From an uncultured Acidobacteriota bacterium (GTDB taxonomy: Bacteria; Acidobacteriota; Thermoanaerobaculia; Multivoradales; JAHEKO01), in the NCBI GenBank assembly GCA_963713825.1, contig CAVQNG010000001.1, positions 64,001 to 128,000 on the forward strand: a stretch of DNA of 64,000 nucleotides, written 5' to 3'. The notes beneath the pieces are model-generated. The model was not told the DNA's origin, searched no databases, and worked only from the letters and a program-made list of their open reading frames with translations. A program made the translations under genes and the position numbers. Below are positions 38,086-49,087 of the stretch, one piece after another (position 1 is the stretch's first letter; each line of letters starts with the position of its first letter).

Positions 38086-38639
38086 TCCCCACACCTCGGG
38101 GAGTGGGCGACCTCACGATTCTCGGCTGGGTCGTCTTTCTGGCCTATTTTGCTGTTGCTGCCCTCTGCTACCGAGCCGCTACCCTTTGTTGGCGTGAAGG
38201 TGGGGGGTCGCGGCGAATGGGCCGGGTCTGGGTCGCCTTTGCTGGCGTTTTGGTGCTCTTGGGAGCCAACAAGCAACTCGACCTACACGTCTGGCTCAAC
38301 GCCTATGGCAGGAAGCTCGCCGAGTCGGAAGGGTGGTATCAGAATCGAGGCATCGCCCAGGTGACGTTCTTCTCGGGTTTTGCGGTCGCCGTGCTGGTAG
38401 TTTGTTTCTTTTTGATCTGGATGGGCTGGGGGCAGCTTCGGCCGCTGGCCGGAGCATTCATGGGCCTGGCGGGTTTGGCGGCATTCCTCTTGATCAGGGC
38501 GATCTCTTTCGACGTGGTGGACTTGCGAACCTACATCGGTGGCATCAAGCTACATGCGCTTCTGGAGGTTGCCGGGCTCCTCTTGATCGGAGTCTCGGCC
38601 CTCCACTTCGTCAAATCTTCAGACCAGGTTCTGCCCTAG
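38082..38639 (+). CDS. Hypothetical membrane protein
   Basis: Five hydrophobic segments; LGANKQLDLH...GR..A..EGWY..R. Confidence 0.75.
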   Translation: MIPTPRGVGDLTILGWVVFLAYFAVAALCYRAATLCWREGGGSRRMGRVWVAFAGVLVLLGANKQLDLHVWLNAYGRKLAESEGWYQNRGIAQVTFFSGFAVAVLVVCFFLIWMGWGQLRPLAGAFMGLAGLAAFLLIRAISFDVVDLRTYIGGIKLHALLEVAGLLLIGVSALHFVKSSDQVLP

Positions 38640-38697
38640 CGACCAGCGCCGGAGATATCAGAGCCAGCCTCGCCAGGCCAGTTTGTGAAGGAGGCCC

Positions 38698-39933
38698 ATG
38701 ATGTCGCTCGAAATCACCCCCCAGCTGAGAGAGGAGCTGCGCAGTCACTTTCCTGCGCTGGCAACCGGCAAGGTGTATCTGGAGAACGCCGGGGGCTCGC
38801 AGGTCCCTGTGCAGGTAGCCGATCGAATTCGTGACTATTTATTGGAGAGCTATGTCCAATTGGGCGCAGGCTATGGCCTCTCCAAGCACAGCACAGAACT
38901 GGTCCACCAGGCCCACTCGTCAGTCCGGCTTCTCATGGGAGGGAAGGAAGATGAGGGCGCGGTGATTCTCGGCTCCTCGGCCTCCTCGCTTCTGCAGATG
39001 CTCTCTGATTGCTACTCGCGAGTCCTGCAGGCGGGACAGGAGGTGATCGTGGCCGAGACGGGCCACGAAGCCAATGTCGGTCCCTGGACCCGGCTCGATC
39101 GTCATGGTATCGAAACTCGCTGGTGGAGGATGAATCCCGAGGATTTCTCCTGCTCGCTGGATCAACTCGAGGACCTTCTGTCGAATCGTACGGCCCTGGT
39201 TGCCTTCCCCCATGTCTCGAATCTCCTTGGGGAGATCGTAGACATTCGCCACATCACGAACTTGGTGCATGAAGCTGGAGCGCGAGTGGTGGCGGATGGG
39301 GTCGCTTTCGCTCCGCATCGAGCCATGAGGGTCTCCGAATGGGGCGTGGACTGGTATGTGTATTCGACCTACAAGGTCTATGGTCCCCACATGGCTGCTC
39401 TTTGGGGGCGTAGCGATGCCCTGGGGGAGTTGACCGGCCCGAATCACTACTTCATTCGCGACGTGCCCTATCAATTCGAGCTCGGAGGCCCCTCCCATGA
39501 AGGCTGCGCGGGTCTTCTGGGGTTGTCGGATTACCTGGAGAAGGTCGTCGGGGTGGAGGAGGGCAGTTTAGGCAGGTCGGATATCGACCAGGCCTTCGAG
39601 GTCATGGCTGCCTGCGAACAGCCGGTGCAGGCCAGGCTCCTGGAGTATCTACGATCGAGAGAAGACGTCCGGATCGTCGGCCCCGAGGTGGACGGGCCGG
39701 CAAGAGTCGGCACGATCAGCTTCGTTCATGCCGACAAGAGCTCGCAGGCCATCACCGAAGTAGTGGATCGAACCGAGATCGGAATTCGTCACGGTCATAT
39801 GTATGCCTATCGCCTCTGTGAGGCGCTCGATCTGGCACCCGATGACGGAGTCGTTCGGGTCAGTCTTGTGCACTACAACACACCGGACGAGATCGAAAGG
39901 CTCATCGAGGTCCTCGATCAGGCGCTCGCCTGA
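38698..39933 (+). CDS. Cysteine desulfurase-like class V PLP aminotransferase
   Basis: ENAGGSQ, HEAN, DGVAFAPH, STYKVYGPH, RVSLVHYN. Confidence 0.9.
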   Translation: MMSLEITPQLREELRSHFPALATGKVYLENAGGSQVPVQVADRIRDYLLESYVQLGAGYGLSKHSTELVHQAHSSVRLLMGGKEDEGAVILGSSASSLLQMLSDCYSRVLQAGQEVIVAETGHEANVGPWTRLDRHGIETRWWRMNPEDFSCSLDQLEDLLSNRTALVAFPHVSNLLGEIVDIRHITNLVHEAGARVVADGVAFAPHRAMRVSEWGVDWYVYSTYKVYGPHMAALWGRSDALGELTGPNHYFIRDVPYQFELGGPSHEGCAGLLGLSDYLEKVVGVEEGSLGRSDIDQAFEVMAACEQPVQARLLEYLRSREDVRIVGPEVDGPARVGTISFVHADKSSQAITEVVDRTEIGIRHGHMYAYRLCEALDLAPDDGVVRVSLVHYNTPDEIERLIEVLDQALA

Positions 39934-40082
39934 ACGGCCAGAATCACCTGAGAATTGTTGACAATCCGCCTTCTCCAGTCGAGAAGAGAGGAGAGCCGTG
40001 TCTGTGACACATTTCACAATTCGAATAGGTCTGCCTGCCGGATAATCGCCTTCCCCTTCGAGTAACCAGGAGAGGAGTTGTC

Positions 40083-41834
40083 ATGGCCGAACAGGCGGAT
40101 TCGCGACAGCACGAAGTAGATCGTCGAAACCTCATGAAGTCCTTGGGGCTGGGTGCCGCGGCAGCTGGCACGGGTGCTGTGGCCGTCCCAGAGGTGGCTG
40201 AATCAGCGGCCTTGGTGGGCCCAGCGATGCGGCGGGAGCGGGAGCCGGCTCGGCCGATGCCAGCGCTACCGGCCGCACCGCCGATATCGATCCTCGCCCT
40301 GAACCGGATGGGCTTCGGGCCGAGACCCGGTGACCGCGCCGCATTCAACGCGCTGGGTGGCACACCGGAAGACAGGCTGGCGGCTTACGTAGCTCAGCAG
40401 CTGGACCCTGACTCGATCGACGACAGCGATGTCGAAGCACGAATCGCCGCCGCCAACTACGACTCGGTGGATCTGAGCCCCGACCCCGACACTTACCTCC
40501 AGATCCTCTGGGCTTGGTACATCAACGACGACGGTGCGCCCGGCGGCCGCAACTCGACCGGCATCCCCCGGGATGAGCTGATCCGCGCGACCTTCATGCG
40601 CGCCATGTACTCCAAGCGGCAGCTGCTCGAGGTCATGACCGGCTTCTGGCACGACCATTTCAATGTCTATATCGACAGGTCGTCGTGGGTGCGGTCAACG
40701 ATGCCGCACCTGAATCTGCAACTCCGCACCAACGCCCTTGGCAATTTCAGGGCGATGTTGGAGAAAGTCGCCAAGAGCCCCTCCATGCTGCACTACCTGG
40801 ACAACTACACGAGCTCCAACGGTGGCCCCAACGAGAACTTCAGCCGCGAGCTGTTCGAGCTGCACACGCTCGGCTCCGAGAACTACTTGGGCGTGATGCC
40901 CCAGAACGAGGTGCCGAAAGACGGTGCCGGCCGGCCGGTGGGCTACGTTGACGCCGATGTCTTCGAGGCAACGCGGTGCTTTACGGGATGGTCTTTCTCC
41001 TTTGGAACGGAAGACGACGGCGACACGGGCCTGTTCTACTACCGGGCCGGTTGGCACGATCGGTTTCAGAAGTACGTACTCGGGAACTTCCTGCCGGCCG
41101 ACCAGCCGGACAAGAAGGACGGCCGTGACGTCTTGAACTTCCTCGCTTCGCATCCTGGCACGGGTCGGTACATCGCGCGCAAGCTCTGCCGCAGGTTCAT
41201 CGGCGACGATCCGCCGCAGAACGTTATCGATGCTGCTGCCGCAGTCTTCACCGCTCAATGGCAGGCAGCGGACCAGATCAAGCAGGTGCTGGAGGTCATT
41301 CTTCTGTCGGACGAGTTCAAGAACACCTGGGGCGAGAAGATCAAGCGGCCGTTCGAGATCGCGGTGAGCGCACTTCGGGCCGGCAACGCGAACATCACCC
41401 TGAAGATGGACCATTACGACACCAGCGACTTTCTCTGGCGCTACTACGGGACAGGCCAATGGCCCTACGGCTGGCCGGCTCCCGATGGCTACCCGGACGT
41501 TCGCGGTGCCTGGAAGAGCATGACGCCGCGCGTCATGAGCTGGCGGTTGTGTGGCTGGCTCGTCGACTGGGACAACGACTCCGGCAAGCACTACATCAAT
41601 GTCCTGGGTCAGACACCGACCTCATTGCGCTCGGCCACCGCACTGGCCGACTTCTGGATCGATCGAATCCTCGGCCGAGAGATGGAACCCGACGACCGTC
41701 AGGAAATCGTCGACTTCATGGCACAAGGCGTCAATCCGGACTTCGACCTCGATTTCAGCGACGAGGACACGACCGATCGATTGCGTTCGATGGTGGCGCT
41801 GATCTTCATGTCACCCGAGTTCCTGTGGCGGTAA
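40083..41834 (+). CDS. DUF1800 family protein (Tat signal)
   Basis: DRRNLMK; LNRMGFGPRPG, FWHDHF, YLDN, NENFSRELFELHTLG, KIKRP. Confidence 0.92.
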   Translation: MAEQADSRQHEVDRRNLMKSLGLGAAAAGTGAVAVPEVAESAALVGPAMRREREPARPMPALPAAPPISILALNRMGFGPRPGDRAAFNALGGTPEDRLAAYVAQQLDPDSIDDSDVEARIAAANYDSVDLSPDPDTYLQILWAWYINDDGAPGGRNSTGIPRDELIRATFMRAMYSKRQLLEVMTGFWHDHFNVYIDRSSWVRSTMPHLNLQLRTNALGNFRAMLEKVAKSPSMLHYLDNYTSSNGGPNENFSRELFELHTLGSENYLGVMPQNEVPKDGAGRPVGYVDADVFEATRCFTGWSFSFGTEDDGDTGLFYYRAGWHDRFQKYVLGNFLPADQPDKKDGRDVLNFLASHPGTGRYIARKLCRRFIGDDPPQNVIDAAAAVFTAQWQAADQIKQVLEVILLSDEFKNTWGEKIKRPFEIAVSALRAGNANITLKMDHYDTSDFLWRYYGTGQWPYGWPAPDGYPDVRGAWKSMTPRVMSWRLCGWLVDWDNDSGKHYINVLGQTPTSLRSATALADFWIDRILGREMEPDDRQEIVDFMAQGVNPDFDLDFSDEDTTDRLRSMVALIFMSPEFLWR

Positions 41835-41865
41835 CCAAGGCAGGCGGAGAGGAGCAAAAACCGGT

Positions 41866-43239
41866 ATGAGCACGACACGAAGAGGATTCATCACAGGCTG
41901 CTCCGCGGCTGTCGCGGCATACGCAGGCACTAGTTTCAACACCCTGGCATTCGGTGATCCCGGACACAACGAAGAGATCCTGGTAACGCTCTTTTTGCGC
42001 GGCGGGATCGATGGCCTCAACATGGTGATGCCGATAGCCGGCGCCGACCGCGGACACTATGTCTCGGCGCGGCCCAATATTGCGGTCCCCACCAGCGGTT
42101 CGAACGCGGCGCTGGCGCTCAACTCCCAGCTCGGTGTCCATCCGGCCGCCGGAACCGGACCGAGCGGCGCTCCCTCGACATTCTTCAATCTCTATCAGGA
42201 CGGCAAGGTGGTTTTCATCCCCGCCTGCGGCATGCACGAGGAGAACCGATCGCACTTCGACTCGATGAACTTCATGGAGCTTGGCACTCCGGGGACCTTG
42301 TCTACCGGCACGGGCTGGCTGACGCGACACCTGCAGTCCGCCAAGAACCTCCCTGGCGAGATCATCATGCCGGCCCTGGCCGCCGGTAATCTGCAGCAGA
42401 ACTCGCTGCGCGGCAGCATCGAAACGATCAACATGAGCGATCCGGACAGTTTCTCCCTAGAGGTGGGGCCCTGGGAGTGGAGGAGCGCTCAGAGAGTCGC
42501 ACTTCGACATCTCTACAACGGCACCAGCTGGTTGCATGAGTCGGGCATCGAGACGCTCGACGCCGTCGACATCATCGAGCTCAATGGTGGAAGTGGCGGC
42601 TACACCCCAGGGAACGGAGCTGTTTACCCAGGGGGCAATCTGGCGGAGCACCTCCAGACCGTGGCGCGCATGATCAAGCTCGATCTCGGGCTGCGAGTTG
42701 CGACCGTCGACTTCGGGGGTTGGGACACGCACAATGGACAGGGTGACGACGGCGGCGGTTACTTCTACGGCCATGCGGAGGAGCTGCTGAGCGCGTTGGC
42801 AGCCTTCTATACGGATCTGGACGGATCTGGCAGCTCGAACTACACGCAACGCTTGACCGTGGTTGTCATGAGTGAGTTCGGTCGCCGGCTGAGAGAGAAC
42901 GATGACCGGGGCACCGACCACGGGCATGGGAGCTTCGTTCTGGTGATGTCTGGCAACGCCCTCGGCGGGGTGAAGGGAACCTGGCCGGGTCTGGCCAACC
43001 ATCAGCTTTTCGACGGCGCCGATCTGGCGGTGACGACCGACTATCGACGCGTGTTGAGCGAGATCCTGATACGGCGATTGCAGAACACGAATCTTGGAGT
43101 AGTGTTCCCTGGCTATACCGACTACGAGCCCCTGGGAGTGGTGTCCGGTCCGGATCTCCCGCCGGTCTACGAGCCGCCGATCTTCGAGAGTGGGTTCGAG
43201 TCCGGTGACATGTCGGACTGGTCGACAGCGACCCCCTGA
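41866..43239 (+). CDS. DUF1501 family protein (Tat signal) with C-terminal GFESGD tail
   Basis: TRRGFI; FLRGGIDG, RSHFD, GWDTH, SEFGR, GTDHG. Confidence 0.92.
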   Translation: MSTTRRGFITGCSAAVAAYAGTSFNTLAFGDPGHNEEILVTLFLRGGIDGLNMVMPIAGADRGHYVSARPNIAVPTSGSNAALALNSQLGVHPAAGTGPSGAPSTFFNLYQDGKVVFIPACGMHEENRSHFDSMNFMELGTPGTLSTGTGWLTRHLQSAKNLPGEIIMPALAAGNLQQNSLRGSIETINMSDPDSFSLEVGPWEWRSAQRVALRHLYNGTSWLHESGIETLDAVDIIELNGGSGGYTPGNGAVYPGGNLAEHLQTVARMIKLDLGLRVATVDFGGWDTHNGQGDDGGGYFYGHAEELLSALAAFYTDLDGSGSSNYTQRLTVVVMSEFGRRLRENDDRGTDHGHGSFVLVMSGNALGGVKGTWPGLANHQLFDGADLAVTTDYRRVLSEILIRRLQNTNLGVVFPGYTDYEPLGVVSGPDLPPVYEPPIFESGFESGDMSDWSTATP

Positions 43240-43268
43240 TTTGGCTCGCGCTCGGCTCCTTCCGGAGC

Positions 43269-45413
43269 CTATCCTGAGACCGTGACCGTGAGCATGCTGG
43301 AAGAGACTTCGCCAGACTCTGGGTCGGTTGCAGTGATCCTCAGTTCGTAGTCACCGGCCTCTAGAGGGCCGAGCCCGAGGGTGGCAGCCCATTGAGCCAT
43401 GGTCGGGTCTGCGGAGAGCCTGCGATCTCCGACGTTGAACGAAATTCCCTCGACCGGATCGCCATTGAGCGTCAGGAGCTCGGCGGTCATCTGCACCGAT
43501 TCTCCAAGACTGTACCCGGCGAGAATGAGAGGAGTGCTCTGGCCGGGCTCGAGAACCGGTCTGACCGCCGGAATGAAGGGCTCTCCTTGAATCATGAACG
43601 GGTAGTCGTGGGTCGTCTCCTCGGCGCGCTGTCCACGGACGATCAGCCATTTGCCGGCCGGTTCCGGAAACATGGGTGCCAAGAGAGCCGGTTCCTGCTG
43701 CCTGGCATCCGGGACGCGAAAAGGAAAGACCGAGACTCCAGAAAGACCGGTTGCTGCGTTGCGAACCAGGATCCTGGCCATGTAGCCTCCTGGTGGCAGC
43801 TCGAACTGGTTCCAGAACTTGAAGCCCGTGGTCTGAAGAGTCGGACCCGCCTTGGCGATATCGATACCGACGACCTGATTGAAGAAATCCCGTACCTGGC
43901 CGTCCTCAGCAACGGCGTAGGCGTAGATCTCGGTTGAAACCGTGCTACCTGGATTGCCCTTGAGAAGGTCATCGCCGCGAATCTCGATCAGGGTAGGCAC
44001 GTAGGCCAGCTCCTGAGCGATCTCGAACGGTGCTGCCAATGCCGCTGTCCCGACGAGTCCGCTGGAATCACCGTAGAGGAGGGATGCGGCCGAGAAGATC
44101 CGCTCCCGCTGAGAGACGTCAGAGTAGGGCTTGGGAGCGAAGTATCCAGGCCTGTAGTTCAGTCGGGCACCTTTGGGGTCGCCTTTGAGCTTGACCTTCA
44201 ATTTGTGAAACTCGCCATCGAGCTTCAGGTCATCGGCCTGGAAGGCCAGTACGTACGTGACGCTGGTGCGGTCCAGCATCTTCTCCATTGCTACTGTCAG
44301 ATTGTTGAAGTTCTCGAAGAACTCGCCACCGGTCCCATCGGCCATCATGAACAGACCTTGCTTGTTTTCGCGACGTGGTCGGACATCGGAACCCGCCCGC
44401 AGCCCGCCTATGTCTACGGCCTGAATCACGGTGTCGGCCCGTACGAACTCTTGCAGCATTCGTCCGAGATCGTTCTGAGTCGAGGTGTCGCCGAATCGCA
44501 GGTTACTGTCCACATCCTGATAGTCACCGTAGGCAGCCGCGTCATTCTGTCTTTGGATCGCCTGCTGTTCCTCGCGTGTGGAACCACCGCCCTGGCCGAG
44601 CACGATCGAGCTGTTGAAGCCCTCTGAGAGGTAGACGAGGTACTTTCGGCCGTCGACGCTTTGCAGCAGCTCGGCGACCTCCGTCATGGAACTGGCCAGG
44701 GCGAGGATGTCGTTCCTGTCACTGGCCCGACGAGAGGAGGTCTCCATCCGAGTGACCGCTTCGCGAACTTCCGCCTCGACATCGATGCCACCGCGGCCAG
44801 GACTCGGCGTTGCGGTGGTTCCCCAGGACTCGGGCATGTTGGCAAACGTCAGGCCCAGTGGGTCTCGACGAGATTCGACCAACTGAGGCAGCCCCAAGGT
44901 GTCGATCGCCACCTCGACCTGACGGCGATCCGAGGTGAAACCGAGAATGAGCTTGGAGCCGCTGGAAGCGGAGTAGGTGGCGACTCCCACCAAGTCCGTC
45001 GGATTCAGACCGGTCGACACGAGCTCCTTGGCCGCGTGCCGGGCGCGGACGATGGAGCCGGGGTCGGAAAAGGAAAGATCGAAAAACAACATGAAGTGGC
45101 GCTGGGCCGCAGCGGGGATGGGAGTTGCCATTCGGCTGGGATCGCTCTCGGAGATCGACAGGTCATAGACGTCGAAACCAATCAGATCCCGGCGTTTCCT
45201 ACCGTCAATGACCTCGAAGTTCTCTGCGGTAAGTCCACGTACAGGTCGACCATCCTTCGTTACTTGTACTGGCACCTCGACTACGATCACCTCGGCCACG
45301 TCCGCATATCGGGCTTCTTGTCCGACGATGGGAAGTGAGCTTGCGACCAGCAGGCAGGTCGAGAAGGCAAGGAGACTTCCAAGGCAGGTTGTCGGATTTG
45401 AATGTATTCGCAT
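43269..45413 (-). CDS. VWA-domain protein, Acidobacterial VWFA-related type
   Basis: VEVPVQVTKDGRPVRGLTAENF, FFDLS, GRKYLVYLSEG, MADGTGG, YVLAF. Confidence 0.85.
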   Translation of the reverse strand: MRIHSNPTTCLGSLLAFSTCLLVASSLPIVGQEARYADVAEVIVVEVPVQVTKDGRPVRGLTAENFEVIDGRKRRDLIGFDVYDLSISESDPSRMATPIPAAAQRHFMLFFDLSFSDPGSIVRARHAAKELVSTGLNPTDLVGVATYSASSGSKLILGFTSDRRQVEVAIDTLGLPQLVESRRDPLGLTFANMPESWGTTATPSPGRGGIDVEAEVREAVTRMETSSRRASDRNDILALASSMTEVAELLQSVDGRKYLVYLSEGFNSSIVLGQGGGSTREEQQAIQRQNDAAAYGDYQDVDSNLRFGDTSTQNDLGRMLQEFVRADTVIQAVDIGGLRAGSDVRPRRENKQGLFMMADGTGGEFFENFNNLTVAMEKMLDRTSVTYVLAFQADDLKLDGEFHKLKVKLKGDPKGARLNYRPGYFAPKPYSDVSQRERIFSAASLLYGDSSGLVGTAALAAPFEIAQELAYVPTLIEIRGDDLLKGNPGSTVSTEIYAYAVAEDGQVRDFFNQVVGIDIAKAGPTLQTTGFKFWNQFELPPGGYMARILVRNAATGLSGVSVFPFRVPDARQQEPALLAPMFPEPAGKWLIVRGQRAEETTHDYPFMIQGEPFIPAVRPVLEPGQSTPLILAGYSLGESVQMTAELLTLNGDPVEGISFNVGDRRLSADPTMAQWAATLGLGPLEAGDYELRITATDPESGEVSSSMLTVTVSG

Positions 45414-45614
45414 CGTTCTCTCCTGAAAGAGAGTAGGGATTCGGCGGTGGTGTAGCAGCAGTCGAAATCCGCGCCTCAGTTGGATGAGAGCCAGAAGACT
45501 CTCCAGTCGGAATAACCCTATCAGTAGTGACTCGTTCGGTTCGTGACCGCTGCGGGAACGCGTCAACCGAGGTGTTCGATCGGATTCTCGAAAGGCGCAG
45601 AGGGAAGATCTGTT

Positions 45615-45686
45615 TATCGCTGTATAGCATTATAGTGGTATAGTACTATTGACATATAAAAGTATAGTATTATAGTGTTATCCAAA
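45615..45686 (+). promoter_or_regulatory. AT-rich array of nine in-phase 8-mers (TATAGTNN consensus) overlapping TTGACA-16bp-TATAGT
   Basis: TAT starts every 8 nt from 45615 to 45679. Confidence 0.75.
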
Positions 45687-45725
45687 CAGAGTGAACTGCA
45701 TCAGAACCGAGGAGGGCTGCGCCGG

Positions 45726-46205
45726 ATGACAGATCACCACCAGGAGCTCGAGAATGAGATTCGCAAGCAGAGTCACCTGCTGGCACTAGCGTGGAGAAAG
45801 GGGCATGCGGCCAAGGTTCTCGATGCATTGGCCGAAGTCGAGCCGATGGCCTGCTCGCTAATGGCCATCCTGATCCATGACCAGCTGACGCGATGGTCCC
45901 CGTATGACTGTCGCTGGCCGATGAGCTTCTGGAGAGCTGTGCTGGATCGATCGATGATGGGTATCGCCGGCCGGCAGCTGCAGGCACTGGGATCGGAGTA
46001 TCGAGAGCGGTTCGGCACCGAGCCCCCTCCGATCGAAGGGGAAGGCAGGAGTCAGCACGATCCCGAGGAGTCCACCCGCAGGGTGGCGTGTCAGGCGGAG
46101 ACGATTCGCCGCGCCCTGGAGACCGGTGCGCCGTTGATCCCTCCACGACCACCCGAACGGGCGCCGGATCAGTTCCTCAGGGGCAGTCAGGAGGGAGCAC
46201 GATGA
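45726..46205 (+). CDS. Hypothetical protein
   Basis: RBS GGAGG; ATGA overlap with the next gene. Confidence 0.6.
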   Translation: MTDHHQELENEIRKQSHLLALAWRKGHAAKVLDALAEVEPMACSLMAILIHDQLTRWSPYDCRWPMSFWRAVLDRSMMGIAGRQLQALGSEYRERFGTEPPPIEGEGRSQHDPEESTRRVACQAETIRRALETGAPLIPPRPPERAPDQFLRGSQEGAR

Positions 46206-46501
46206 GCACGATGCAGCCTCAGTTCGACGGCATTGTGGCCGGAATCGAGAAGGACCCTGAGCACGGTGCGGTCCTTCACCGTGTCTTGGAGGACTACCCA
46301 GACGAGTTGGCGATGAAGATCCTCACGACTGCCATGCGTCGGGGTGTCATTACGGCGAGTGAGGCCTTCCATGTGGTTAGAGAAGGCGATCTGGATCTCA
46401 AGCAGACGGTCGAAGCGGTGGCGATGCTCGCAAAGCGTCGGGGATGCCTGACTGAAGAGGTCGTTCTGGAGGCGCTGGGCGCCCACGCGGAAGCGGTCTA
46501 A
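46202..46501 (+). CDS. Hypothetical helical protein
   Basis: RBS GGAG; translationally coupled start. Confidence 0.6.
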   Translation: MSTMQPQFDGIVAGIEKDPEHGAVLHRVLEDYPDELAMKILTTAMRRGVITASEAFHVVREGDLDLKQTVEAVAMLAKRRGCLTEEVVLEALGAHAEAV

Positions 46502-46592
46502 TCAACACCTGCGGCGTCAAGAGGGAGGCCGAGGCGTCGGCCTTGTGCGTCTTCCGCGCCTGCTAGGTGAAGAACGCGAGGAGAAGTGATTC

Positions 46593-46841
46593 TTGAGCCC
46601 TGATGAGCAAGCCGGTAGGCCCGGTAAGGCCAGTAGCTCCAAGGCCGGTAGACCACCCAAGGGCTCGCGATTGGGTCCTCGCGGAGGAGAGACGACCGTA
46701 ACTCCTGGAGGATTGACGAGGATCAGTGCCTATCTCGACGGTGAAGAGCGCGACGCCGTACGCCGCAGGGCATTCGAGGACGATAGGAGCATCAGCGATG
46801 TCATTCGTTCGGCGCTGCGATCCTATCTCCGAATCGACTGA
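46593..46841 (+). CDS. CopG/RHH DNA-binding protein with flexible basic N-terminus
   Basis: RISAYLDGEERDAVRRRAFEDDRSISDVIRSALRSYL. Confidence 0.8.
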   Translation: MSPDEQAGRPGKASSSKAGRPPKGSRLGPRGGETTVTPGGLTRISAYLDGEERDAVRRRAFEDDRSISDVIRSALRSYLRID

Positions 46842-46901
46842 TCCGGCTGTCCAGACGCCGACAGGCGCCTAACAACGATCTGGCTCAAAAGATCGAGAAT
46901 C

Positions 46902-47726
<825 letters not shown>

Positions 47727-47798
47727 CGCTCGAACAGTATCGCACGGAGGATGTGGCGTACGAATTCAGGCTTGGTGCCTCGATCGACTCGAGGCAGT

Positions 47799-48929
47799 CT
47801 ACTGCTGCGAGCTCGACCACGAGCTCGAGTCGCCTGACTCGAATCCGTCACTGAAGATCGCCTCTGCCGCCACATTGAAGAGATTCGGGCGATAGTGCTC
47901 GAGAGAACACCGCGTTCGCCGGGTTTGCTCGACGGAGAACTCTTCCATGCACAGGTCGTCGGTGTAGTCCATGTAGTTGTGGAAGGGATCCGAGGTGCTG
48001 CAACTGCTTGCACTCGCGGGGCAGCCGAAATTGGGGGATGCTTGCGGCAGCGTGTCACAGACGAGATCGCCATCGCTGTAGCAGCCCGGGGCGGTCTGAC
48101 TACCGCAGGAGCCCTGCGGATTGAAGGTGTGTTCCAGGCCGAGGTAGTGTCCGACTTCGTGAGTGGCCGTCCGGCCCTGATCGTAGGGTACAGCGTCCGC
48201 ATCGCGGCCGAACGCCGACCAGAGAATGACCACACGGTCAAACAACTCACCCACCAAGGCTCCTCCAGAGTCAGCCGGCAGGAAAGGAACATAGCCGAGG
48301 GCACCGCTAGCAGTGTTCGTGTAGATGTTCATATACCGATTGGGATCCCATGCGAGGGTATTCCAGTAATTGCCGCCATCGTTGTAGTAGGTGGTGTTGC
48401 AGGTACGTGTAATGCCGTTGGTCGGCTGACCGGTCGGCGTCTCGTCGGCGAGCCTGAATTGAACCTGGGCATCGGTTCCTAAAGACCCATTGCTGCCGGC
48501 GAGGGCGAGGAAGTCTTCATTCAGGATGTCGATCTGACTCTGCACCATGGCATCGGAAATGACGCCGTTGGTGCAGGAGTTGTCCATCAAGATGTGCACG
48601 ACCACTGAGATCTCGAGCAAAGACCCCGGGGCGTAGTCAGTCGTGGGATTTGTCGAGCTCGAAGAACAATCTGAAGGCACCGGGGCACTGGTCGATCCGA
48701 AGAGCATTTCCCGCATTTCTCGGTCAGGGGTCCCACACCGGAGTCCATTGGCTCGGAAGTACTCGGACTGGACATAGGCCGACCAACTATCGAAGGTCAG
48801 GCCCTCGATCGTGATTGGCTGATCGCCTCTTGTGGAGCTTGCTGCGCCAGCAGCACTCGGCATTTGTAGAGCCAGGGCCAGAGCAAACATGGCAGCGGCT
48901 ACGGTCGGCGATGATTTGTGGTCTCTCAT
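47799..48929 (-). CDS. Secreted M43 (pappalysin/ulilysin-like) zinc metalloprotease with GFESGD tail
   Basis: RCGT prodomain, HEVGHYLGLEH, NYMDY. Confidence 0.9.
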   Translation of the reverse strand: MRDHKSSPTVAAAMFALALALQMPSAAGAASSTRGDQPITIEGLTFDSWSAYVQSEYFRANGLRCGTPDREMREMLFGSTSAPVPSDCSSSSTNPTTDYAPGSLLEISVVVHILMDNSCTNGVISDAMVQSQIDILNEDFLALAGSNGSLGTDAQVQFRLADETPTGQPTNGITRTCNTTYYNDGGNYWNTLAWDPNRYMNIYTNTASGALGYVPFLPADSGGALVGELFDRVVILWSAFGRDADAVPYDQGRTATHEVGHYLGLEHTFNPQGSCGSQTAPGCYSDGDLVCDTLPQASPNFGCPASASSCSTSDPFHNYMDYTDDLCMEEFSVEQTRRTRCSLEHYRPNLFNVAAEAIFSDGFESGDSSSWSSSQQ

Positions 48930-49087
48930 TCTCAATGTACAGGCTCCTGTTGCTCTAGTTTGTGTTCTTGCCAGGCGACAGATCCCTCACCTCTCGGCGA
49001 GCGCACAGCACTGCGGGCGCTGCGGGGCTGCACAGCCTACTATCCGAGAAACCGGCATGCAAGGGACTTGCGACAGCCCGTTCGGCG

